Positions 24,588 to 37,497 of a stretch of 64,000 nucleotides of DNA are shown here, piece by piece. The position numbers and the translations under genes were made by a program. The stretch is from Hydrolagus affinis (Eukaryota). The DNA lies in contig JAAILG010000125.1 of the NCBI GenBank assembly GCA_012026655.1, positions 62,001-126,000 on the forward strand, in the 5' to 3' direction. Below the pieces are notes generated by a model. That model saw only the letters and a list, made by a program, of their open reading frames with translations. It was not told the origin of the DNA and searched no databases. How positions within the stretch are numbered: the stretch's first letter is position 1; the number at the start of each line of letters is the position of its first letter.

Positions 24588-25941
24588 AAATGTTTATACC
24601 AGGCCCAGGTATGTGTGCCCCGAATGTTTATGTGCCCTGAGGCACTTTTACATTCAAGGTATATGCAGAGGAAGACGGGACCATGGTTTAATGTTTCATC
24701 CAAAACAAGAGTTGTTATCAATCTCAGTCTACATTCCAAAATGAACTTCAATTTTGCATAATTTAAAAAAAAACATTTAAATATGTTATCAACCACAGCC
24801 ACTATAGGTATCCATTTAACTGCAATTTTCTCTGAAATATTTTTTTTAACCAAATTTTCTACCTAATGGTGTCTCTACACCTGTTTGTTGTAAATTTTAG
24901 TTTCATAAATGATTTGCATTTATATGTTGCCATTTAAGTTGAAAAAACATAAAAGTACTGACAAATAGCCTGATAAGAAGTTTGTGTGAGCAATTAACAC
25001 CAGATTTAGGGTGGTATACGGTATTCTAATCTACACATATGGCTTTCTGCTCCAGCTGGTACTATCCTATATATGAAACAAGTTGCTGTGACAAAATACA
25101 TTTCTCAGATCACTGCAAGCTCATCGAGCCTTCCAAAGTCAGTTCTATCATTGGACATATCTATTACGTTCAGAAAGAAGGATCCACTTCTAGTACCAAG
25201 CATGTCATAAAAGAATAAGGGGTGTGCCTCCAGGAGAGAATGCGCATTTCATTCCAGGCGCAGGAAATTTTTTAGGAGGTCAGGAGGTCTGCAAACATAG
25301 TCTCTCAGTCTGGTTTGGATACTCTTAAGCATGGGGAGATGGGTTTCAGTTGTTGAGGCAATAGTTTTCAGGTAAAACCATCTGAACAAAGCCAGGCGTG
25401 TTCTCCACTGCTGCCATTGGCGGGGATATCTTCACCCTTCTGGGATAAACCCTCCAACCGTTAAAATGAGTCACATCACATGACTTTCTTCTATTTCGTG
25501 ATTAAAGATAGCACAGGGAATCAGACAACAATGTCATGCGTGCGCATCATTCCACTCACAAATAACTGTGGTCCGTCCGATTACAGTTATGTTTTGAATA
25601 ACCAAGCAATTTCTCAAGATTTTCCATTTCACATACTGGTTTTTTTTGACAAGTGGATTTGTGCTGGCTTCCTGTTTCGTAACATATTCATGTGCACACT
25701 TCCATTGACAAGCGATGGGACTTAGAGCGCATGAGAATGTTGCAGCTCTACACAGAATGACCTTGGCACGCGCTCTCAGGTTCCCATTGTGATCCAGTGA
25801 AAAAATAAACCGATGTAGTGAACTTCTAAACCAAAACCTCCCCGTCAAAAACAGAATCATATTTTCACAGACCATTCACCTGACCGCAACTATTCGATGA
25901 GAAGAGTTATGAAGATATTAAGGGGGCTCTCACGCCCTTTT

Positions 25942-26235
25942 AATAAAATAATACTACTGTATTTTGTTGCATTTGATATGGCATCTTATCATGTTTAAAT
26001 TTCTGAAAGCGCTCCGCTGAGCTTTTAAGTAATGTGTAGTGACTGAGTATTTGCAGGTGAATGCGGCAGCTAATCTGAGCAGGACAAGAGGAGAAACTCA
26101 CTTCTCATTATGGATAGTGCCATGGAATGTTCAACAGGCAGATGAGACCTTGGTGTAACATCTGATCTGAAGGACAGTATATATGTCTGACATGTCATGT
26201 TCTCCCAGCAATACACTGCAGCATCATATGGCTAT
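25942..26235 (-). mobile_element. Deu-domain SINE, decayed
   Basis: Tail ttgcatttgatatggcatc and core gatagtgccatggaatgttcaacaggcagatgagaccttggtgtaacatctgatctgaaggacag. Confidence 0.7.
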
Positions 26236-27439
26236 CTGCAGTTTAAAAGCACATTGCACAGGCAGCACCGTGTGGAGTGATTACAAGAAAATCAACTGGA
26301 AATTCCACTCATAAGACCAGTGTGTCAAAAAAAATTGGAAAAATTCTTATATTAAGTCCGCAGTGCTTCAAGAAGAAACGGCTTTCGAATGAAGACGAAG
26401 CGGAATATTAGGCCCACAGAAAGGTTCAAGTGACACCATCATCAATTGCAAGAGCAAAATACAATCACTTATAATATTGTGATCTTATAGCCACATGTGA
26501 ATCTAGCAGGTTATCAAAATACATTTTTGTAACATCTCTGCAATTCAGAATTATTATTTTTCAAGTAAAGAATTCCAAAACACTGCAAGCAAATGCATAG
26601 AAATCATTGATCCAAATCTGCCATTGCAAAATGTAATCTAAATAGGACACATTTACAATGTTTTCTACTGTGCTGCTAACACAGATCTGAAGTTTCTCCT
26701 CTGTACAATTTCCTTCAAAGAGCAATGAAACCCACACAGTGCCTGGTGCTGCTTTCAGTGGGTAGGTGCATGCATTTTCAGGGGAATAAAAGATTGATAT
26801 TAATTATATTAATACTGGAGGGGTGAGCATCAACCTCACTTAGAATACAGCCGTGAGGATGATGAACTGGATTTGACGTGTATCTCCAGCACTCCGGGTC
26901 ATCGTTTAAAAAGGAAAGGGCTAACATGTAGTGCAGGTGCTACCTCGGCCAAAGGGAGAGTGTGCACAGACAAATGAGTCTTGTAGGCATTTTGTACATA
27001 CCGGAGATTGCTTATCGATCCATATCAGAATATTCAGCATTGCCCAAGGGAGAGAGCAGAGTATTTTCTGAGGGAGTTAATAACCTGACCGCTCTGCTGT
27101 CTTGTCCAATTCACTGAAGCCGGGGCCCTAATCAGACTAGGATTTCTTATTTTGAGGTAGCCCTGGCTGATCGGCTGGTGCTGCAGCGCAGGTCTGGAGC
27201 GGGGCAATAATTGAAATGGCTGTTGGATGAAGGCTAATCAAACTGTTTATTATCGGACAGAATCAATATGTATAGATTGTAACAACTGTCATTGTCCTTT
27301 TACAAAACATGAACAAATACCCTTATCTCAACAGCTACATTATTGAAAGCAAATCTACACCTTGCATTTCAAAATAACTTGCCTCAGCCTGTGTTCTGAA
27401 TCAGAGTAAGCAATGAATGTACAGGTATTTTGCTTTTCG

Positions 27440-27570
27440 ACCCACCTTCCCCTTCCCCTCCCTCCATCCTCCCCAATCCCGACCCCACTGACTGTCCAGT
27501 GTCTTGGGACGTACTCCCAATGTGAAAGGCGCTATATAAATCAAATTTTATCGTTGGTGTTGCTGTTTTA
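27440..27570 (+). mobile_element. L2 3' end
   Basis: A C-rich UTR followed by gtgtcttgggacgtactcccaatgtgaaaggcgctatataaatcaaattttatcgttggtgttgctg. Confidence 0.85.
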
Positions 27571-27619
27571 TCAAGCTCGGAAAAAGGATTGCCTCTATTT
27601 AATAATGCGCATAACATAA

Positions 27620-27785
27620 ATAAATAATCCTTGCTTTTGTTTTATAGCACCTTTCATATCCGGAGGAAGTCTCACAGGAATTACAGTAAGGTGTAGTGAC
27701 TGTGCATTTTGTAGGCAAACGTGGCAGCCAATTTGCACACGGCAATTTCCTATAAAAAGCCATAAATTGAATGACCACTCTCCCA
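27620..27785 (-). mobile_element. SINE 3' part
   Basis: ataatccttgc...atagcacctttcatatccggaggaagtctcacaggaattacagtaaggtgtagtgactgtg...gtggcagccaatttgcacacggcaat. Confidence 0.8.
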
Positions 27786-30104
27786 CCGCTGCACTGGCAT
27801 GAACTACTCACAAAGGGGTTGAAACTGCAGTATTCACACTTAAGATTCCTGCAAGTAACCTATGGGGCCCATATGGGCTTGCTACCTGGGAACCTGAATA
27901 AATGGTAGGTCTTGTTTGCCTCTTCAATGAAAGTGGAAATCAACTGATGGACACCAACCCCCTTCCACACCCCTGGCCCCATAAAAAAGGGAAATACCAC
28001 CATTGTTAAAGCTAATCCCCCCCACCCCGCCCCGATAGAATGAGGACACTCTTAAGCATAGTGATGGGTTTCCCCATGTGTCAGACACCAGGGTGATCCA
28101 AAAAAAAGAGGGAAAACAAGAAACCCCTCAACTTTTCCAAGCAGCAAAACTTAAAAACTTGTGTTGATTACTTATTCTTAGAATAAATACTCCAGAAGTC
28201 GATGTTTTAACAAAACTCGGGTACAATTTACAATTAGTGGAAGCAGCTAAGAATTGTGAGGATTTCTACACGTTTGGCTTGAACATTTATAACCATCGGG
28301 GTTTTTGCAGACTTGAAATTTATGAAAATAAATCATTTATAATTCTCCTCAGAAGTTGCTGCAATTACTCAAATGACTCAGAAGACAAACAGAACTAATC
28401 CAGAGAGGTATGTAATACTTCCTATTGTTAAGTTTGGTAAATTGATCCCTGTGTGGTGTGAGAATAGTTAAAAATTAATACATGCTATGCAGTTAATAAT
28501 GCTATTATCTCAGCTGGGCCTTTGAAGGAACCTGCAATTCCCCCAGTGAATCCCACAGCTCTGTCAGTTATTGTATAATACAGACAATCAAATGTATCAG
28601 TTTATTCTCTGGTGAACTCATTATCCAGGGTGCTTTACTGAATTTGTACCCTTTGGGGTTTGTTTTTACTCTTCCTTTGAGAATGTGGCCTAATAGTTCT
28701 TAAAAGTCCATCTTATAATTTGTATAAATCATCTGTGGGGCTGCAGTTTGATATGCCCAATATGCAATTATAAAGCAGTTATACAATACTGCTAGTTTGT
28801 GAACTTGCTAGTTTCGTGCACCACAACAAACGCAAAAGGTTCAGTTGTTTAGAGATCATTATTTTTTTGAAAAAAGGTGAGTGCACTGTATATTCTTGTC
28901 CAGTTTAATTTCAAATGATTAACTCCTGGATCTTAATTAAAATTCATTCACATAAATCTTCTCACCCACCTCAACCACAGGCTGGTCAGACTGGGTAGTA
29001 TTTTTCGTGTTTACATTTGCCCAATTTCAAAGATTAAAAATGGCCAGTAACAGAATTTGCAGGTAAGATTTGGAGTGCTTCTCTTCTATGCAGAAAGATG
29101 AGTTGCATAAATAAGAATGGAAAACCTGCGCTTTTTTTTCACAGCGAAGCATCTCTCTTCCTTTGTTATAAAGGTGATGGTGCCTTCCTCTCTCCTAGCC
29201 ACTCTGCCTTTGAGTCATTACCTTTCCCCCCCACCACCACCTATCCCCTCTCGCGTCCCCTCTTCCTCCCCCACTCTCCCTTCCTCCCCACGGGTGAGCG
29301 CAAGGGGATTGCAGGCAATCAACCTGAACCTCACACCCTCACATACCGTCACACATCTCAATACCTCAGGGAAACCGGCTGATCAGCGATTGTGGGGTGG
29401 GGGGGTAGGGGGGGAGGAAGAGGAGAGGGAAATAAATATTTTTTGTTGTTTTACCAACCAATGCAAGATAGCCACCAGTGAGAATGAAGCACGCTTAACA
29501 AGCAATATGCAACATAACTGATAGAAGTATAAACATAAGTGGCTGAATTAAAATGTAGCTGCACTCTAGGAATTCCTCCTTTGGCACTTGAAGGCTTTCC
29601 TTGATGACCTGGCTGGTTGAAAGTCTTTCCCTTGAATGTGCATGAGAACACTTTGCTGACAGGTTACCATCTGCTCCCCAAGGCGCAGCATTACTGATGC
29701 ATGTATTCATCTCCTAAGAGGATTTCAATGAGTAAAGCTTCAGCTATAAATATTCTTTTGTTGGAATTATAAAATCTTAGTCGGTGCCCTAAATACAGTA
29801 AGTGAATTACTCTGACATCAGACTGTGTTTCTGATATTAAACAAACAGATTTGCTGATAAGCTGTACACGTTTATATGGATTTACAATTTGTGGTTCTCT
29901 GCAGGTGGTACTTCTAATTACTTTATATGACAGTGATATTGTTTTACAATAATCACGATAAACATGGTTAAAAGATCCCTGGCCGTCTGAGAGACGTCTG
30001 AATGTTTACAATCCTCTCTTGTGTTTGAAGGCATATTAGGTCACGGTTTCAACAGAATAAATACTAGGGCTGTTCATTTCACACTTACTAATATAATTTA
30101 GAAT

Positions 30105-30300
30105 AATAATCATCATCCTTGTATGTTGCAGTAGCACCTTTCATATCAGGATATCTCACAAGATTAATTGTAACATATAGTGACTATTCCATAAATAATA
30201 ATAATAATACTTACATTTGATATAGCGCTTTTCACGTCTTCTAGACATCTCAAATAATCCATCCTACAAATAATCACAAAGTGAATGACTAATTTTATCT
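30105..30300 (-). mobile_element. Two adjacent SINE tail fragments
   Basis: aataataatcatcatccttgtatg...agcacctttcatatcagga, and aataataatacttacatttgatatagcgcttttcacgtcttctagacatctcaaa. Confidence 0.8.
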
Positions 30301-33300
30301 GGGGTAATTAATTAAATACTTCAATGAATGAGTTTTGATCACAAATCATTTTTGATTTGAAATTAATGACTCCACACTTGCTTTGAAACAGTACATTTTA
30401 AGGACATGAATGTAAAAGACCTTGTTTGCAACTGTTAATTAATTTTCTAGTAGAGTCAAGTTACAACATGGTGGTTGGATCCTTAAGATCTCAAATCTAG
30501 AATAAAGTCTATAAAGGGTTTGCAGACCAGTTCCCAAGTAGCAAAAATGGCCAGCTTCTGTCACTTCCTGTATATTGTGCAAAGCAGGAAATAATATCAG
30601 CAACAAAATTAAAACCTTAATTCACAATGAGGAGAAGATTATACTGAACAAAATTAATTTTAACTTGTGATTTTTTGTATATATAAATAAAAGCACGTTT
30701 AGTATTTTCAAATAGTTGTCCAGTAGGACAGTTTCATTATATTAATGCCACATAATCAGTTTGATTTATATTAAACATAAAATGACACGGAAAAATAACT
30801 TTACAGCGTTCTATTCCACTGATCACGTTGCACATCAGACCATAGTTCACTGATTGCATTTTCACAATATGAAGATAGTTAAATTAAATAACGTGTTAGT
30901 TAACACTTTAAAATCTCAAAAGTATGCCTTATGTCATGGACCTATTTTGACTGCAGCTGAATACACTGTATTTTATAATTTAGGGACACAAAAGTACAAA
31001 TATTTCAAACTGCGTAAAAATACATTGTCGAGCCATAAAGGATAGGCAGCCATTAGTCCTTTCAGGGTTAATATTGATGCAGATATTACTACAATCCATT
31101 GTGCCATTTATTTGAAATATTATGACCAAGAGTAGTTGCAGCAGTGAATCAACCCAATTGATAGAGCAGTTAGCCTGGAGTCAAGGCTGACTTTACACTG
31201 CAGAGTGAGCATGAAATATTATGGAGATTGTTCTTTAAAGTGATCGCTTTATCATCATTTGTCTAGGGTCGAGGCTATTTTATTCTGGCTCACTTCCCTC
31301 TCGGGTTTGCAGCTGTCATAACTCAATCCACTAAATAATACTGTTTAAGGCCACCTCTGCACCTACTATTGAACTTGTCAATGAAAACGAAGCAAGTTGC
31401 GTTTATGTGTTTTGACATGTGCTAAAACTGCACGGATATAAATATCAGATTATATGTGTAAAGTATGTTTTTCCAAATGTAATTATGACCTTGTTGAATA
31501 TGATAGATATGGAATGCCCGGAGCTCCCTGTGGTTAAGACATTGATTTCTATCATCTCCGATCGCAGCAGACAAGGATATGACAAGCTCCATCACTCAGC
31601 GGTTTCTGCAAACATTTGCACTGTTGTCTGTGACATCAAGTTGTCAAATATGTTTACACACTTGAGAAAAATACATTGTAAACAAATGTCATAATGGGTT
31701 GCAAGCAAAAGCTGATGTGAAGCAGGTTCAAGCAGACGATGCATAAAAATGTGTCAAACCTAGGCTCATTGTTAGGTGATGAAAATGTAACTCGGAAGAG
31801 ATGGAGACAAAAGCAGTTAATACAAGGCAAATATACAGTAAAATGTCACCACCCTTTCAAAGGAAAGGGAAAACAGAAAGAATGTCATAAAGGGGTGGGT
31901 GTTGTAGAAAGCCAGTACAGTTTTCACCTGTGTTCTGTTAATGGGGAGGCCATCAAATAACATATGTGCGTTATAATAGATCAATGTACATTGGAGAACA
32001 TGCTAAATGAAGTCTAGGGAAGCGGTATTCTTTCACTGCTTCCAATGTTGGTGAGCCAACATATTTACCTTTCCCTGGTAATATGAGTTGAAAAGCTCAT
32101 CTGTCTCTCCCTCTCTCTCCCTACTGGCTCTTTATGAAATGAGTTTAGATAGTTAACCCACGCCCTTAATGAACATATCGCCCCCCCCACCCCCCACCCC
32201 CACTCCCCAAAAATGACAAAATTCAGCAGACATTATTTGTGAGACGATAGGACAAACATTTGTGGGAAGGAATTCTCTTCTTAGGTTGGGTTTGAGACAT
32301 GATGTTGAGAGCTGAATAGATGGAGCTTTACTTTGCACCCGTCATATTATACCTGATATGAGATTGATGTACTGTAAACAGGATCGTAACATACACCAAG
32401 TACATCATATTTATTCTATCTGTGCTTTGGTCCTTTCTCTCTTTCTACCTTGTCTGTCCAAGTATTGTTATTTTATGTATTTTCCTACTGACTTACAAAG
32501 CGCTCCAATGCTCTATCAGTCTTTTTGATACTTTATTCATTTTAACCATAATATCCCAAAACTCCTAACTCAATTTCATCCTTTCTGCTTAAGATGCTCC
32601 CAATCCAAATCAATCCCATTGGCCTCATGGATTTCAAGTACTGTATAAAGCTGCTCTTCATTTATAAATAATTTCTCATTGAAATAATTCCAGTCCTTGT
32701 TGACACAATCTTGCAAAACAAAATGGACATTGAATTTAATTGGACTAGATTGAGCTACAAATTGAAAATAAATCATTCCATCCTTCTAAACCCATTTTTA
32801 ACAAATATTAACTAATTCAATGTGTTTACATATGAGAAATATCGGAACAATTCCTGCACTTAACAGATGAGATTTGAATTGACTGTATTATTCATACAGC
32901 AAGCTGGTGGGCGAGGTGTGCAATCATCAGCAAAAGAGACATCAATGGGCCTATGGTGTAAGATTGGTGTAGAGAGGCTAATTTTTATTACCAAGGGCAA
33001 GGCAATTCATTGACTCTCAGTGATACATGATGAAGACTTGGAAAAATACTCTATATCCAAGTATATCATTGTATCTTTGACTACATTATTACTGCATATC
33101 GTGGCACCTTGGGTCTCAGTGCTTAATTATGAAAAACCTTTTGACAAAGGGCATCTGATAATTGCAATATCTTGGCCAAGCAAGTGATACAAAAGATTTA
33201 TAAGCTGGTATTCAAAGAATAATTTGTGGCATCTGTGGCTTTTGGAGGTGATGATTCTAACTCAGCTTCTTTAATAACCTTTCTGTTCTTCAATGCAGCA

Positions 33301-33801
33301 ATATCTGTCAAATGATTGTAAATCATGGGTACATTTGCAATGCCGTATCTTATGCTTATTAACAAAATGCGGCATGGACAGTAATGGCTGTACTTTTTAT
33401 TCCCCCCACCCCCAACATTGTTCTATTGATATTTTAGTATAAATACAACTGAACTCTGACTGCCAGAGTGGAACACTTTCATAACTTGAAATGCTTGTTT
33501 CTGTAACTGTCCAATTACACTTACTTACAATTGTATATTATAAAAATTGAATATAGATTTAAGTAAAGGATACATCATTTTAATCTGTTTTATTGTTAAA
33601 CCTAAGACCGCTATTCAATGTTAGTCATGGTTCATTGCCTATAAATTATACAATTTTATAGTTTGTACATACTTTGTGTATATAAACAATGTGAAATTAA
33701 TTTGTTTTTCCAGCTAAATGGACTAAACACTAATTTTCTCTTTCCACCAGTTTTGTTCTTAAAATGTCTCCAGGCTCCAACTTAAAAATAACATAGTTTG
33801 T

Positions 33802-33823
33802 TATATATATTTATATATATATA
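33802..33823. repeat. Interrupted (TA)n microsatellite
   Basis: tatatatatttatatatatata. Confidence 0.8.
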
Positions 33824-33857
33824 GCCTTGAATGTTTCTTCTTTTTAAGAAATGATCA

Positions 33858-34050
33858 TTATAATCCTTGCATTTGATATAGCCCTTTAACATGTTGTCGA
33901 GATGTCTTAAAGTGCTTCATGGGACTCACTGTGAAGCATAGTGACTGTGTGCTGGTAAACACCACCGCCAATTTCTTCACAGCAATGTCTCACTAACAGG
34001 CATGAAGTGAATGACCTTTTTTAATCCGGGGAATTGTTGGCCAGGATAAC
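33858..34050 (-). mobile_element. SINE 3' half (DeuSINE-type)
   Basis: taatccttgcatttgatatagccc...aagtgcttcatgggactcactgtgaagcatagtgactgtg...ggggaattgttggccaggata, which aligns to 10695-10880. Confidence 0.8.
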
Positions 34051-34814
34051 AAATTACGACTAGAATTTAGTGCTTATTTAATCATTTAAAATCTGCAGAC
34101 ATCTAAAATATGTTGTTTTTGAAAAAAAAAGGCTGAATGTTTTACGACACTTTTGTATACCACTTGAAATGCAAAAATGTGAGACTAGTTTCTTTGCACG
34201 AATCAAGCACATTTAGGATTTTGGAGTGAAGGTAATTTATATCTAATCCCTAATGTTTCTGTTATATTATTCACGTGATTTTGTGCATCACTTAACTGTG
34301 CGTGCTCTGTTTATCACATCAATTCACTGACTGTGGAACTAACAATGCCACAATGTGAATTCATTAAATTATCCATTGCATTATGAATACTATACGTTTC
34401 CAGAGCATCAGCAGCACTCACAGTGTAGTTAAACAAATTGCTCTCATTTACAAGGGGGAAAGGATACAGGCATAGAGGAGGTACAAATTGCTTCCCCCCA
34501 AACAAAAGTTGGCAGACCTTAGTGTTGCCATTGTTTATTTCACTAAATAAATGATCTGTGAGTTATGTGATGTGGTAAGGAGCAACTGGAATTGCAAATA
34601 CATATGGATTTTTAAGAGCACAAAAAGACCACACAAGCCTGAAATGAACCATCTCTCTCTCTCTGCCAATGAAGGTGAATTCTGCAGTCCCAATAGGATT
34701 GGGAAGAATATCTCTGGTTGGTGTTGTGAATACTTTGCACTGAACCACCAAGGGAGTAACAGCTTCCTATTTTTACCAACTCTTTAAGTCAACAGACCTT
34801 ACAAATGCACTACG

Positions 34815-34890
34815 CTCGCCAGTGAATCCCTGTGAAGCACTTTGAGGCATTTCAAATTTGTAGGCATTACTTCAAAAGCAAGGATTAATT
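34815..34890 (+). mobile_element. SINE tail fragment
   Basis: cagtgaatccctgtgaagcactttgaggcatttc...tcaaaagcaaggattaatt. Confidence 0.65.
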
Positions 34891-37400
34891 CTGATTGAAT
34901 CATAAAGACAATAATTCATGAAGAGAATGACTAACTTGCTCTATCAAAGTCGATTGAAATGTTAATCAGAATCTTGAACAAATTCTTACAAGAATTGAGT
35001 TGAAACTTGAATATGCTGTAATTCAATGGGATGATGATTTGGAAGCATTCAATAGATTGTAGGGAGGCAAAAACACAAAATAATTGGCGATACTGATCTA
35101 AAGGGATCAGTGCTTGGTAATATTACTTGAATAGTTAGATCTACCAAAAGCATTTAGTGGCTAACAAATTATTATTTACTTGCAATGAAGAAGTTACATT
35201 TGAAAGCTGTATTGAGCTTCATTCCACAAATAGTTTAACCCACAATCTCTCAACAGGACTATCAATAGACCTGGGAACCTCTAATGACCTTGTGCACTTA
35301 AAAACTATAATTTTTTCATGGCTCTGGTTTGAGTCTTTGATCAGGATACCCAAAGTGAAAGCAAATACTGACCCTAGCAATCTCACCATATTGGAGTAGC
35401 CAGTCTATGAAGGGCAGTCCTATTCAAACCATTCATTAAAAACAGAACTGGTTATCTCAGTAAGATAGATTCATTTTATGTTCTGCAGATTAATGGACAA
35501 AGGTGATGTTTCTGTAAATCAAAAGGCGCTCACTAGAAAAACACCTACAATTTCATGTTTTCGTTTTGTCGATTGTGACAGCTTCAATGTCGCTGGCTGT
35601 GTTAAAATGCAAATGCCTCATTCTGAAGGCTGCCATTGGGCTCAAAAGGATTTACTTGTTCATTATCACGAAATGATATGAACATAGGAAAAACATGACA
35701 CACAGACAAATCTAAGCATGCCAATATGTTCACAAGAAAAAGTCCGATCTGATAGCTAACACTGTCAGCTCTCCCAGGATTTAATAACCTTTAAAGTTTT
35801 CTGCGCAAAGTGTTCAGCTGAATAAAATGTGATTAATGATGTGAGGCAGAAAAGTGGCCATTTGAAAATATCTATTGATAGAATGGTCAGTAGTTTAGCT
35901 GACCCTTGGGTCAAAAAGGTTTCAGTTAAGACTAGGAATGCTGATTCGTGGAATTTCAGTCTTTTATTAAAAAAAAGTATATAAATGAGTCTTGGAGGGA
36001 GAGGAGGACCATAATCATACTGTAACCTCTGTTTCTTTGAAAGATAATTTCTACAGAAGCCACAAGCTCCCTGGACATTTATGTAATTATGTACACTTTA
36101 TGAATGTATGAAGCTTATGATTCTGTTAAACAATTGGTTAAATCAGTGACTACATGTATCTTTTACATACATTTCATAATAAATAATAAAGATATTAATG
36201 ATAAAGCGAAAGGTTAACAAAGGGTCACGGAGGCTTTCCTATCAAGTTACTTATTCAGTGAAATGAGAAATTGATCACATTAGTGTGTTAAAAAGAACCT
36301 GATTCATTACAATCAGTTCTCTATTGGCAGCAACGATGGTGGGCAAAGTTAGGGTATTAGTTATGCTCGATTTAGCAAAGGTCATGAGTGTTCAAGCCAT
36401 TTCACAACTTGGAATCACCTTTTTGACCTCTCAGTGAACACCAAACAAATGCTCAAAAACTGAACAAAATACTATTTAACATACATTTTTGACTAATACA
36501 AAAGTTCGAAAGGATTTGGTCAGCAAGTAAACAAGGAGAAAATAATGCCTAATTCACGTGGCTTTAGGCCACAAACTCCACTTTTCCTCATGACTATTCA
36601 TTTCTTCTTGCAAGGCTGAAATATGGCATTTACAATACCAGGGTCTCAGCTGAATTGGTTTAATTCTGTGAAAATAATTCAAGCTCACTGGAATGGCCTG
36701 ATTGCATTTAGTGAACATTTGGCTGAATGGGATGAGAAGATAAATGGTGAAATGCACATCACTTGATTCTGAAACTCACTGATTTCCAATACACGGATAT
36801 TTATTCTTGTGTATGCATCAGCATTCTGAGATTATTGCAGTTCTCAGTCTAACTTGTTGTTTTCCTTTATAGATTACTGAAGCCTGGGATCATACTACTT
36901 ATTAATAGTTTGGTTTAACAGGGACACCCATCCACTCACCACTCTTTCTTTACCTGTTAAAGTCTAATAAACCTATGAAAATCTGGAAATCATTATCCTA
37001 TTCCACAAACATCCAAGGAGATCACACTTGGTAAGACTGATACTCACTAGTTAGTCATTTGACGAGTGCAGGCCCTCAATAGCAGCTACCTGCGAGCTTC
37101 CCGATGAACAGCAAAATATAAAATGTGTGAGAGCATTTCCAGCATCTTCCTGCCCATGGCTCAGACACTAATCGCTGCCTATTGAGCAATAGTTGCACCA
37201 GTTTAAGATGCGGTACATCTTTACACATTTTATGCTTTGATGAAGTACATCTACTTGCCTTTCTACATATCAATCACATGGTGGGTCCAAGGCCTATATA
37301 TATGAGCAAATGTTCACAAACCCAGACTGCAGGTAATGCCTTCCAATACCTGTCATTCCAAATTATTCGATAGCCATCTGCCTTCAGCATTGTGGGATAC

Positions 37401-37497
37401 AATGATAATGATATGATATAATAATATATTGATATTGATAATGATAATGTTATATACATATAGTATATATTATAATGAAAATGATATAATGATAAGT
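37401..37497. repeat. AT-rich degenerate (ATGATA/ATA)n simple repeat
   Basis: aatgataatgatatgatata...gatattgataatgataatgttatatac...atgatataatgataag. Confidence 0.75.

Noticed and set aside
29098-29521. 94-aa and 134-aa ORFs
   Set aside because: They are driven by C-rich and G-rich tracts, with no domain similarity or splice support.
32300-32390. Possible additional ancient repeat (gagctttactttgca..., similar to about 43745-43790)
   Set aside because: The similarity is too short and decayed to define boundaries or family by eye.
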